From assembly GCA_003554945.1 (NCBI GenBank), contig PWHN01000044.1, forward strand, positions 27,386 to 91,385: DNA of 64,000 nt, in the 5' to 3' direction. Positions 36,763-46,015 of this stretch are shown here, one piece after another. Position 1 is the stretch's first letter. The number at the start of each line of letters is the position of its first letter. Source of the DNA: a bacterium. Its GTDB lineage: Bacteria; T1Sed10-126. The notes beneath the pieces are model-generated. The model saw nothing but the letters and a program-made list of their open reading frames with translations, was not told the DNA's origin and ran no database searches. The position numbers were made by a program, and so were the translations under genes.

Positions 36763-37896
36763 ATGACCAACCCATTTAAATACGGTGATGTGGTGACCGG
36801 AGAGAATTTTTGTAATCGTGAGCAAGAAAAGAAAAACTTAAAACAGGCGATAAAATCCGGGCAGAATACGCTACTATTTTCTGAAAGAAGAATGGGGAAA
36901 ACATCCCTGATTAAACAAGTTATGGAGGAAATAAGCAGCGGGAGCGTGAGTAGCGTCTATATCGATCTTTGGCCCACAGATGACCGCGTTACTTTTGCAA
37001 GAGCACTTGGACAGGGTGTAGCCAACCATTTGACGGCGCCTCTGGAAAAGACACTAAGAACTCTTAAGGCATGGTTTCAGTCGTTTCGGGTTGTTTCGTC
37101 GGTTACGCAGGAGGGTGAGGTATCATTTTCATTTGATTTCCAGGGAAATCCTGAACAATTAAAACTGGCCGAGATTCTTGAAATCCCTCAAAAATTAGCA
37201 GATAAAACGGGACAGCCGGTGGTTGTGATTTTTGATGAAATTCAGGAAATATCCGGGTATGACACAGATTACGTCGAGAAAAAATTAAGAAGTGTTATTC
37301 AGCATCATAATGAAGTGACCTACATTTTTCTGGGCAGCAGACGACATATTATTCATGAGATGTTTATGGACCGCAGCAGTCCATTTTATCATTCCTCCCA
37401 AAAACTTCCGTTGTCCACAATTGAAACCAAAGCCTGGATACCGTTCATTCGCCAACGATTCTCATCGGGAGGTAGAGAAATTTCAGAGGAAATGATTGAA
37501 ACAATATGTGAAATGACCGATGGGCATCCAAAATATACCCAGCATTTTTGCGAGGCACTGTGGGGTCAGACAGAACAGGATACCCAGATTTCAGAAAATG
37601 ATATCAATATAGCCCGGGACAAAGTTTTAATGGAAGACAGCTATGCCTACACCGTTATCGTTGAAAATCTTACCAATAATCAGAGACGTCTGCTGGTTGG
37701 CCTGGCAGTTGAAGGGAAAAATGTGAGTATATGGTCCAAGGAGTTCATGAACAAATACCGTCTCAGCGGTCAATCCTCCGTACAAAAGGCTATCAACTCA
37801 CTACAAAAAAAAGATCTCGTCGATAAAGATCAGGATGGTTACATTATCCTTGATCGGTTCTTTAAACTCTGGCTCGCCCGGGAGTATGCAGTATGA
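36763..37896 (+). CDS. AAA-family P-loop ATPase with C-terminal winged helix (archaeal-ATPase-like family)
   Basis: NPFKYG..V.GENFCNRE.E, RRMGKTSL Walker A, IFDEIQE Walker B, GHP, DRFFKLWL. Confidence 0.88.
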   Translation: MTNPFKYGDVVTGENFCNREQEKKNLKQAIKSGQNTLLFSERRMGKTSLIKQVMEEISSGSVSSVYIDLWPTDDRVTFARALGQGVANHLTAPLEKTLRTLKAWFQSFRVVSSVTQEGEVSFSFDFQGNPEQLKLAEILEIPQKLADKTGQPVVVIFDEIQEISGYDTDYVEKKLRSVIQHHNEVTYIFLGSRRHIIHEMFMDRSSPFYHSSQKLPLSTIETKAWIPFIRQRFSSGGREISEEMIETICEMTDGHPKYTQHFCEALWGQTEQDTQISENDINIARDKVLMEDSYAYTVIVENLTNNQRRLLVGLAVEGKNVSIWSKEFMNKYRLSGQSSVQKAINSLQKKDLVDKDQDGYIILDRFFKLWLAREYAV

Positions 37897-38346
37897 CAGA
37901 AAACAGGCTGTTTTTTAGATTTTCACACTATGCGCCCAGTACCGCGAAAAGCCGGAAGTGACAATCCCAGGACTGAAGAAAAAGGACAGGATCAACAGGT
38001 TTTACGGGTTAATCTCCAGATAACGCCGTTCCACGACCGCGGAGGCATCGTCAAAGCCAAAGTAAAAATAGTGAAGAAATAGATAAACCCTATTTTTTAC
38101 CTTCAGATTGGTCTTGGAAGCGTATGACTGAATTTGGATAAATTGTCTCTGGGGACCCCCCTACCGAAAATGAGGCTAATTTTGGGGGAGATATCGCTTG
38201 GTTAACCCCCTCAGATGTGAATTGTCACTTTACCGTAGGTAATTCCCGGGCTTAATTCAATAGTTTAACCGAATATAATTCGACACGTTACACTTAATTT
38301 TGCCGGCTTGACCCTGCAGCATGAAAAGCGACTATATATCTGGTTG

Positions 38347-38790
38347 CTAGTAAAGTAGAGGCAATACTCTAACATTTATAGTCATAAGACCCAGGAACAG
38401 CCACCAGAAGGTTATAATGGTCATGTATTGAAAAGAAGTGAGCTGATCCAAAAACAATTTAACTACCAATTTAGAAATTGAGGCACCAAGCCAAGAAAAA
38501 TATATCATCAATACGAAATAGCTCATGAAACCGGTTGCAGCATCGAACAGTGTGGAAGCTTCATGATATCTCTCAATTGCTGGAAAAATTGAAAGCAAAG
38601 CTGAAATAACAATGATAGCGGTCCACCATTTTTTGTATTTGTCACACGAAAGAATAGTTGAACGGATTTTAGCACTGATTTTATTTTTAACAGGGACTGC
38701 TGCTATGAGTAGTAACCCAGATAAAACGATGACTATTAAGCTAATTGTCCACGCCAGGAAGAGAAAAAATAATATCACGAATAGATCCAT
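38347..38790 (-). CDS. Hypothetical membrane protein (AT-rich)
   Basis: GGAGG RBS, about four hydrophobic helices. Confidence 0.6.
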   Translation of the reverse strand: MDLFVILFFLFLAWTISLIVIVLSGLLLIAAVPVKNKISAKIRSTILSCDKYKKWWTAIIVISALLSIFPAIERYHEASTLFDAATGFMSYFVLMIYFSWLGASISKLVVKLFLDQLTSFQYMTIITFWWLFLGLMTINVRVLPLLY

Positions 38791-38997
38791 CGTATCCCCT
38801 CCTAAGAATTATAAATTTGTGGAATTAGCTTATTATTTTCAGAAGCTATCTTAGTTAAAACGGCTGGTAACGTCAAGAAACACTGTCTCACTACAAAAAT
38901 AATTGTATCGACGATAATTTAATTTATACTGTGTTGTGTAGAGAAGTTAGCAAAATAAGCTTAGAGATTTTAAAATTTTTTAAGGAGGTAGTTAACG

Positions 38998-39288
38998 ATG
39001 GGTAAATCGTTCTTAGGTTCACTATTTGATTTTGGGTTCGACAGCTTAATCACGCCGAAAATTATTTCGATAATTTACGGCATCGCCATGTTTTTTATTG
39101 CTCTCGGGACCTTAGCCATGGTCCTTGGTGTTTTTAGCGAAAACTTTCTGGCTGGAATTGGGGCGCTTGTTATTTCCCCGATCATTTTCCTGCTGTGGTT
39201 AATTTTTGCTCGGGTTTATTGTGAGGTTATAATCGCGCTCTTCAAAATTGCCGAGAATACCAGTGCCTGGAAATCAAAGCCAGAGTAA
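38998..39288 (+). CDS. DUF4282-like membrane protein
   Basis: LFDFGFDSLITPKII...RVYCEVIIALFKIAEN signature; strong RBS. Confidence 0.85.
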   Translation: MGKSFLGSLFDFGFDSLITPKIISIIYGIAMFFIALGTLAMVLGVFSENFLAGIGALVISPIIFLLWLIFARVYCEVIIALFKIAENTSAWKSKPE

Positions 39289-39382
39289 CACTGTTTTTTA
39301 ACTTGCTTTTGCACCTGACTATTCACGACAGTCATGCTGTCGTGGATAGTTCAGGTCAGTTTTATCCAGAGGAGATATAAAG

Positions 39383-40363
39383 ATGGGATTTATGCTGAAC
39401 GGCGAGTGGAAAAGTAAAGATTATACGCACAGCGAAAAAGGTGAGTTTAAGCGTGATGCTACAACTTTCCGTAACCGCGTGCAAAACGGCGGACAGTTTG
39501 AGCCAGAGTCCGATCGCTATCATCTTTACATAAGCTGGGCCTGCCCCTGGGCGAGTCGCGCCGTAATAATGCGTGAACTGAAGGGTCTTCAGGAGGTAAT
39601 CGGACTCTCGGTCGTTGACCCCTACATGGGCAAAGACGGCTGGTGGTTCAGCGAAAACCCGGGCTGTATCCCCGATAAGGTCAACGGAGCCCAGCTACTT
39701 CGTGAAATTTATCTGCTCGCCGACCCGGAGTTTACCGGCCGCGTGACGGTGCCGGTTTTCTGGGATAAAAAAGAGGAGACCATCGTCAACAACGAATCAA
39801 AAGAGATCATGCGCTTTTTCGACACCGAATTCAATCACCTGGCTGAACGCAATATTACCTTTTATCCCGACGGATATCGCCAGCAAATTGATGAAACCAT
39901 TGAGAAGATTTATCAACCAATAAATAACGGAGTTTACAGGGCCGGTTTTGCAGAAACTCAACAAGCCTACGACGAGGCGGTTGCAGAGCTTTTTGAGGAA
40001 CTTGATTACTGGGAGAGTATTCTTGCCGACCAGCGCTACCTCTGCGGACCGGTCTTAACGGAAGCTGATTGGTGCATGTTCACAACTCTCTACCGTTTTG
40101 ACGCTGTTTACTACCTTCATTTTAAATGTAATCTCCGCCACCTTTCCGATTACCCAAACTTACACAACTATCTGCTCGAACTTTACCAGCTTCCTGGAAT
40201 TAGCTCCGTCTGCAATATGGACCACGTGAAACAGCATTATTATCGCTCCCATCCCTTCTTAAATCCAAAACAGATCGTTCCGGCTGGACCCGAACTTGAT
40301 TTCGAGGCCAAACATAACCGTGATGATCTGCCCGGCGGACCACCGGAAGCTCTGTTTGAGTAG
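39383..40363 (+). CDS. Glutathionyl-hydroquinone reductase (YqjG / Xi-class GST)
   Basis: RYHLYISWACPWA, RVTVP, IVNNES, NNGVYRAGFA, HYYRSH..LNP..IVPAGP. Confidence 0.94.
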   Translation: MGFMLNGEWKSKDYTHSEKGEFKRDATTFRNRVQNGGQFEPESDRYHLYISWACPWASRAVIMRELKGLQEVIGLSVVDPYMGKDGWWFSENPGCIPDKVNGAQLLREIYLLADPEFTGRVTVPVFWDKKEETIVNNESKEIMRFFDTEFNHLAERNITFYPDGYRQQIDETIEKIYQPINNGVYRAGFAETQQAYDEAVAELFEELDYWESILADQRYLCGPVLTEADWCMFTTLYRFDAVYYLHFKCNLRHLSDYPNLHNYLLELYQLPGISSVCNMDHVKQHYYRSHPFLNPKQIVPAGPELDFEAKHNRDDLPGGPPEALFE

Positions 40364-40379
40364 CAAAGGACGGCCGCCT

Positions 40380-40941
40380 CTAAAATCTGTAGCCAAAACC
40401 GATCTATAAACCGTTCTGCACTATTTCAAAGTCTTCATCATCAATACTGAGATCTGTCTTTCTGACCAAAAGTGCGTGTCAAGATAGAATCTCTCAGTCA
40501 GGTGCGTTATCAGTCCAATCTCTGCCCCAACCGTGGGACCAACGTCGTCCGCATAATCAAAATTCCAAACCCACATTCCTGCGTCAAGTGAGGCGTAGAG
40601 ACTTGTCGGCGAGTTGGGAGTTAATAAAAAACCGAGACAGCCGGCCATACGCACATTCGTCATGTCATCATGGTCTTCATATATGTCTGCATGCAATGAA
40701 AGATTGGCTCCCCAGAAAAATCTGGAAGTAACTAATGAACGCCCCCGGAAGTTTAATCCAATTATACTGTGTCGCGGGTTATCAGCGTCTTCAATAATAA
40801 TCTCGGTTGAAACAACTCCCGCCGAAGTACTGGCGTCAAGCAAGAAATCTCCCGTTTGAAAGCGAGCATGACCATAGTTAGGTGTTGAAACAAGCAAAAA
40901 GATAGGCACTACAAGAATTATGAGTAAATTTAATTTTTCAT
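40380..40941 (-). pseudogene. Disrupted outer-membrane beta-barrel gene (two frameshifts and one nonsense codon)
   Basis: AGGAGG-ATG 40941 is out of frame with the body; the C-terminal IGFGYRF lies in another frame after an in-frame TAG. Confidence 0.7.
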
Positions 40942-41140
40942 GGCTTTTCCTCCTAAACATTTTAATAACTCATCTGACCTAATTCACCTCCTTAAAGAAA
41001 ATATTAATCTGCAGGACAGCTATAATATACTCCAAAACAAACCGGAAAGCAATTTAATATTTAGATTATTTTTGGCTTTTCAAAAAATTCCCGCCAGCTC
41101 GCCCCCGGAGCACTTCCTGGGCCTGAAACATTGAGTGAAT

Positions 41141-41436
41141 ACTCCCTCTGAAGACAGGGGCTTACGATAAGGAAACATACAACAGGCAAGAGAAGCAGAT
41201 TGTACATAAAAAAGTGTCCCCGAGGGGATTTGAACCCACTACTCCGTCGCATCCTGCTCTTCGAAGGGAAAGCTTCTTTCCCCTCGAGCTCCCCTACGGC
41301 ACATCCTGTGCCTAAGTGCCTGAGGGAATACTCCCTCAGACTCCCTCTGAAGACAGGGGCTTACGATAAGGAAACATACAACAGGCAAGAGAAGCAGATT
41401 GTACATAAAAAAGTGTCCCCGAGGGGATTTGAACCC
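41141..41436. repeat. 97-bp exact direct repeat (41141-41237 and 41340-41436) including the 3' end of tRNA-Glu
   Basis: Identical copies offset by 199 bp, read directly. Confidence 0.92.
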
Positions 41437-41488
41437 CTGTCTTCAGGATGAAAACCTGATGTCCTTGGCCTGGCTAGACGACGGGGAC
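41414..41488 (-). tRNA. tRNA-Glu (anticodon TTC)
   Basis: GTCCCCG acceptor stem, TCGTCTAG D-arm, TCAGG-TTTTCAT-CCTGA anticodon arm, GGTTCAAATCC. Confidence 0.95.
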
Positions 41489-41548
41489 AGGTGTAACACG
41501 TTTTAATTAAGGGCTAAATATACTACAGAAGACAGCCCAGTTTGTCAA

Positions 41549-41761
41549 CTAAAAAATTCTAAAAATTATGTTTATTACAAGGCTGACCAGAAGACTGGTG
41601 GTAAGGGGAAAGTAAAAAGTGACATTGTCGTTCTCAATCACTATATCCCCAGGCAATCGACCGAAATAAGGTATTTCAGGCAAAAGCCGGAGCATGAAAC
41701 CAAGTATTACAAGAAGCAGTCCAAGCCCTATAAGAAGACGTCCAGCGAACGAAGCAGACAT
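41549..41761 (-). CDS. DUF2905-family small membrane protein
   Basis: GRLPGDI...N.TFYFPLTTSLLVS signature. Confidence 0.9.
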   Translation of the reverse strand: MSASFAGRLLIGLGLLLVILGFMLRLLPEIPYFGRLPGDIVIENDNVTFYFPLTTSLLVSLVINIIFRIF

Positions 41762-41764
41762 TTT

Positions 41765-42799
41765 TTACCCCTGGTCTTCTTCCCGTAGATACTGTTCGAT
41801 TTTTTTGACGGCCTTCTTGTTACCGACATAAAAGGGAGTCTTCTGATGAAGATGCTCGGGCTGTTTTTCCAGTATTCTGCGGTAGCCGTCGCTGGCTGCG
41901 CCACCCGCTTGTTCCATTATATAAGCCAGGGGGGCAGCTTCATAGAGGAGACGGAGCTTCCCCTCGCCTTTGCCGACTACTTTTGGTTCCGGCGGATAGA
42001 GAAAGATACCGCCGCTCAAGAGGTTGCGATGAAAATCAGCAACACATGAGCCAACATACCGCGATGTATAGTCACCATTTTCGCGAAACTCTTTTACTGC
42101 CTTCTGAGCGCCGGCGGACCAGCTTTTAAAGTTAGACTCGTTAACACTCAGATAGCCCTCTCTCTGGGGCATGGTTATTTTTGGATAGGAGAGTAAAAAT
42201 TCGCCCAAAGAGTCGTCAAGAGTAAAACCGTAAACATTATCTCCTGCAGTATATACAAGCATGGTAGAGGAGCCGTAGATAATATAGCCGGCGGCTACCA
42301 GATCTTTGCCGGGTTGAAGCAAATCCTCCACTGTGGCAGCTTTTTCTACTCCGCCGGGAGTTTTTTTTCTGTAAATACCAAAAATCGTGCCAATACTAAC
42401 GTTGTAATCAATGTTAGACGAACCGTCGAGCGGGTCTATGGTAACAACGTATTTGCCCCGCAATTCCGGTTTGCGCACATGAATAGGGTCGGACTCCTCC
42501 TCAGAGCCGATAATGCAGATGCCACCGTTGTGAATTAAAGAGCGTGTGAAAACCGCGTTAGCGTAAAGATCAAGCCGGGCCTGGCGCTCGCCATGAACAT
42601 TTTCGTTTTTGCTTTTCCCGAGAATATCACCAAGGCCGGCACGGTTGACTTCACGCGAAACAATTTTGCCGGCTAGAGTAATCTGCCCGAGAAGCTGGCT
42701 GAACTCACCGGTTGCATTGGGATATTCCCGCTGAGTAATAGCAATATGACGCCGTAAATCAATTCCTTTCTCCATATGTTTATTAGACGACTTGCTCAT
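41765..42799 (-). CDS. fbp: Fructose-1,6-bisphosphatase class I
   Basis: SEE, DPLDGSSNID, GTIFGIY, RYVGS.VADFHR, KLRLLYEA.P. Confidence 0.97.
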   Translation of the reverse strand: MSKSSNKHMEKGIDLRRHIAITQREYPNATGEFSQLLGQITLAGKIVSREVNRAGLGDILGKSKNENVHGERQARLDLYANAVFTRSLIHNGGICIIGSEEESDPIHVRKPELRGKYVVTIDPLDGSSNIDYNVSIGTIFGIYRKKTPGGVEKAATVEDLLQPGKDLVAAGYIIYGSSTMLVYTAGDNVYGFTLDDSLGEFLLSYPKITMPQREGYLSVNESNFKSWSAGAQKAVKEFRENGDYTSRYVGSCVADFHRNLLSGGIFLYPPEPKVVGKGEGKLRLLYEAAPLAYIMEQAGGAASDGYRRILEKQPEHLHQKTPFYVGNKKAVKKIEQYLREEDQG

Positions 42800-43327
42800 T
42801 GGTGGCACCTCCAGAGTAATTTAAAATAGGTCCGCGTATGATTTTAGTATAGGCTTGGCTTTTTGGCCACATTGTTGGACCTTGCGACTTATAAGGTAAA
42901 ACGATGAAATGTAAGTCACTGCCGAAGGAAAATAATGGTAGTAATCTTTATAACGTGAAAAAAATCACATTATGCTTGTCAACAAAGTAGAAGGTTATTA
43001 TAATTATAGGCAATTAGACAATTTCTGATAGGAACCGTTAGCATTAAAATATTACTGAACGTTTTTCTGCGAAAGACTGCAGAAATTTTGTTGTTTATTT
43101 TTTGTTTTAAAAAAATCAATTTATACTATTTTGCTTTTTCATTGAATTAATGCTATAATTTTTACATAAGATGCTTATTTGGCTTTTCTATATACTGCCC
43201 AATTAGTTTACTCACTTCTCGCCTTTTTCACCAAGAAATTGAATCGACTGGCGCTGAATGGATAAAAATTATGTAGTATAGCAACTTTTAGGCACTATAA
43301 ACTTCTATATAAGTGAGGTAATATGTT

Positions 43328-43624
43328 ATGAAGCATTTGCGTGAAGAACCCGAGAAATTGCTGGACAAGTCAACCAAGTTCTGGTTGATGCAGCAAATAC
43401 GTGCGCGACTGAAACAGTTGCGACACGAGCGCGACATGACCCAGGCTGACGTGGCTGAAAAACTGGGTAAGGACCAGGTTTACGTTTCCAACTGTGAATC
43501 CGGTAGGCGGCGGCTTGATCCGATTGAGCTGTTGGCTTTTACGTCCGTTTACGAGATTACCCTGGAAGAATTATACGGTAATCTGGACCTTGAGGAAGCC
43601 ATATCACGCGACTACAGCATTTAA
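43328..43624 (+). CDS. XRE-family helix-turn-helix regulator
   Basis: RLKQLR...MTQADVAEKLG..Q.YVS..ESG.RRLD. Confidence 0.9.
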   Translation: MKHLREEPEKLLDKSTKFWLMQQIRARLKQLRHERDMTQADVAEKLGKDQVYVSNCESGRRRLDPIELLAFTSVYEITLEELYGNLDLEEAISRDYSI

Positions 43625-43655
43625 CGACAGTATTTAACTCAGTAAATGGTCAAAG

Positions 43656-43708
43656 AGGCCGGGAGGTGGACTGTGAGAGCAGTTCACTCCCCGGCCTTTT
43701 CTTTTTTT
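43656..43708 (+). terminator. Intrinsic terminator after the XRE gene
   Basis: AGGCCGGG...CCCGGCCT stem followed by a T-run. Confidence 0.75.
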
Positions 43709-43783
43709 GTAACTACTCATCTATTCCCTCTCCCCTGTAGGGAGAGGGCTAGGGTGAGGGGGAAAGATAAGGTGAATAGTTAC
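43709..43783. mobile_element. MITE-like element (GTAAC TIR), copy 2
   Basis: GTAACTACTCA...TGAATAGTTAC, flanked by T7 on both sides; internal CCCTCTCCC..GGGAGAGGG palindrome. Confidence 0.75.
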
Positions 43784-43807
43784 TTTTTTTATTAAGAGGT
43801 GAGTTAG

Positions 43808-44470
43808 ATGTGGGATAGAGATAGCGGAATAATGTTTGCTGCGGATTTACCCGACCGGGACAGCGCCTTTTCGATTTTGGACGAGGTGGCCGACCAGGTC
43901 GACGTAATTAAATTCAACTACCCGCTAATACTGCGGGAAGGAATTAACCTTCTTGGCGAGACCAAAAAACGTTACGGGCGACCCGTTTTCGCTGATTTTA
44001 AGGTGGCCGACGTGCCTGTAACAAACAACAGAATTATTAAATTATGTGAAGAAGAGGGCGTAGACGCTGTGATGCTGCACGGCTTTATTGGTGTGGAAGC
44101 ACTACGGCGGGCGAAGAAAGTGGCCGATAAGCTGGGTCTATTTCTGGTGACTCAACTAACAAGTCCCGGCGGGGCTGATTTTTTTGAGCCACACTGGAAA
44201 AAATTTGCTGAGCTGGCAGTGGTAATGGAATTAGAAGGAGTGCAGGCGCCCGGCAACAGGCCGCAGGTAGTAAAGCAAGTGAGAGAGATAGTAGGGGATG
44301 AACTTGTGATCGTCTCCTGCGGGATTGGGGCCCAGGGTGGTAAATACGGGGGTGCTATTGCCGCCGGCGCTGACTTTGAAATCATTGGACGCGACATCTA
44401 CCGAGCAGATTCTCCCGGCGACAAAGTGGAGTCAATCAGACGTGAAATTAAACCCCACCTCAACAATTAA
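43808..44470 (+). CDS. pyrF: Orotidine-5'-phosphate decarboxylase (archaeal-type)
   Basis: DFKVADVP.TN active-site motif, GIGAQGG, IIGRDIY. Confidence 0.93.
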   Translation: MWDRDSGIMFAADLPDRDSAFSILDEVADQVDVIKFNYPLILREGINLLGETKKRYGRPVFADFKVADVPVTNNRIIKLCEEEGVDAVMLHGFIGVEALRRAKKVADKLGLFLVTQLTSPGGADFFEPHWKKFAELAVVMELEGVQAPGNRPQVVKQVREIVGDELVIVSCGIGAQGGKYGGAIAAGADFEIIGRDIYRADSPGDKVESIRREIKPHLNN

Positions 44471-44478
44471 CAACAAAA

Positions 44479-44576
44479 GTAACTACTCATCTATCCCCTC
44501 TTCGCTGGAAGGTGAGGGCCCGTTCCCCCCCTTTGTTTTCCCCCCGTCAAGGGGGAAAATAAAGTGAGTAGTTAAC
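44479..44576. mobile_element. MITE-like element (GTAAC TIR), copy 3, with AACAAAA direct repeat
   Basis: TIR as in copies 1 and 2; AACAAAA at 44472-44478 and 44577-44583. Confidence 0.8.
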
Positions 44577-44606
44577 AACAAAAGACAGATTATAAGGTGG
44601 AGTAAA

Positions 44607-44885
44607 ATGAGTGAAGAAACAGAGCTTGAGCTATCAATATATGAATACTGTGCCGAGGACGACTCCTACACAGTGCGTGGCGATTTGGGATACGCACCTG
44701 ACCTATCTGAGTTAAAGAAGCAGGCTGAATTAAATTTTCAACGTGTTGTCGACATGGAGCAGCTTGAAGCGCTGGTAATAATCAAAGAGGACGTGACCAT
44801 CCATCTGCACGCCGACGGGGAAGCAGTGATAAACGGAGTGCAGTCGGAAGCCGAAGCAGAGGAGCTCATGAAGAAGATAGTTTAG
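44607..44885 (+). CDS. Small acidic hypothetical protein
   Basis: GGAG RBS; 92 aa; C-terminal LHADGEAVING...AEELM resembles the C-terminal domain of some ThiF/MoeB proteins. Confidence 0.65.
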   Translation: MSEETELELSIYEYCAEDDSYTVRGDLGYAPDLSELKKQAELNFQRVVDMEQLEALVIIKEDVTIHLHADGEAVINGVQSEAEAEELMKKIV

Positions 44886-45988
44886 GGAAATTTGCCGGTT
44901 TGCAAAAAGTGGACGGTAGCCTGACGCACCTCTTGCAGGCCGGGCAGAAAACTGTGCATCCCCCTGACCACAAGAAAATCGGCGGCATTTTCAAGACGTG
45001 TAGTAGAAATGCTAATAGTTCCGTCTCCCGGGCCTGTAATCAGAGGATTCCATCCATCCTCGCCGCCAACCTGACCGGCAATTATACCTATTTCAACATC
45101 GGGAACAGGAAGCTGACTGACCTGTTCTTCGGTTAACGCTTTTCCGCTTTCTCCGGCCAGAACCTGGAAAGGAAAAAAATCTTCCAGAGCTTCTGCGACC
45201 TGAGACCCACGGTTGGGAGGAGCAACCATGACAATTTTACCTATATCAATATTCTCCTGCCAGTCAGCATCGGCGAAAAGACGGCGAACAACTATACCAC
45301 CCAGACTCTGGGTGACAAAAGAGACTGTATCAGCACCGTCAGCACGTTTTATGATAGTAGCCAGCTGTTCGGCATGCTCGTCAATAGACCGCCGGGTGCT
45401 CGGATAATTAACTGTTTGTGCCTCAAAACCAGCCTCGCTAAGCTCGGAGCGTAAGGGCTCGACACTATCCTTGCCGCGAAATAGACCGTGTAGAATAAAA
45501 ACCCAGTGGTTGCTTTTTGGCTCAAACTTCAGATCCCGGCGATAAGTTTGAAAAGCACTCTGGCAGGCTTCGTAACTACCCCAGGCGCGTCTCAAGTCCT
45601 GTGCGTCCAGTAGCCGGTGATGTCCGGCAAAGACGTTCTCCTGGATTCTCCAGCCGTGATAGACAAAGACGTCAGCCCAAAATTGGTCCCCACCCAGGGT
45701 CCAGATGGGCAGGTTAGGAAAGCCGTTACCATATTGAGCCTGCAGCATCTCTACCAGGGTCTCCTCCATCTGCTCCAGACTTCCCCGGCTTACAAGCTGG
45801 CGACGCTCACCGGATTCTCCCGTATTAATCAACTGACAGTTAGCGCCGTTATCCTGACATTCAATTGCATAATTGAGCACCTGGCGCTGCTCTTTCCAGT
45901 GATCTTCACTGGCGCTCAAATTATCCGCAAACCCGAACAAAATAACGGCAGTAAAAATAAGAAAAATAAGGCTGGAACGACGAAACAT
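44882..45988 (-). CDS. Secreted alpha/beta hydrolase (lipase/esterase-like)
   Basis: Signal peptide; ILHGL, NYPS, TQSLGG nucleophile elbow, APPNRGS, DG, HS. Confidence 0.85.
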   Translation of the reverse strand: MFRRSSLIFLIFTAVILFGFADNLSASEDHWKEQRQVLNYAIECQDNGANCQLINTGESGERRQLVSRGSLEQMEETLVEMLQAQYGNGFPNLPIWTLGGDQFWADVFVYHGWRIQENVFAGHHRLLDAQDLRRAWGSYEACQSAFQTYRRDLKFEPKSNHWVFILHGLFRGKDSVEPLRSELSEAGFEAQTVNYPSTRRSIDEHAEQLATIIKRADGADTVSFVTQSLGGIVVRRLFADADWQENIDIGKIVMVAPPNRGSQVAEALEDFFPFQVLAGESGKALTEEQVSQLPVPDVEIGIIAGQVGGEDGWNPLITGPGDGTISISTTRLENAADFLVVRGMHSFLPGLQEVRQATVHFLQTGKFP

Positions 45989-46015
45989 GGGCAGGCACCT
46001 TTTTAAGTAAAAAAA

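Noticed and set aside
40401-40410. TAG read-through or recoding in the OMP gene
   Set aside because: The same gene has two frameshifts, and TAG ends normal genes elsewhere in the window, so decay is the simpler explanation.
41141-41436. 97-bp direct repeat as CRISPR or prophage ends
   Set aside because: Only two copies, too long for CRISPR repeats, and only about 100 bp enclosed with no phage or integrase gene.
43158-43184. dif-like TTTTTACATAA-GATGC-TTATTTGG in the AT-rich intergenic region
   Set aside because: The spacer is 5 nt rather than 6 and the second arm is poor.
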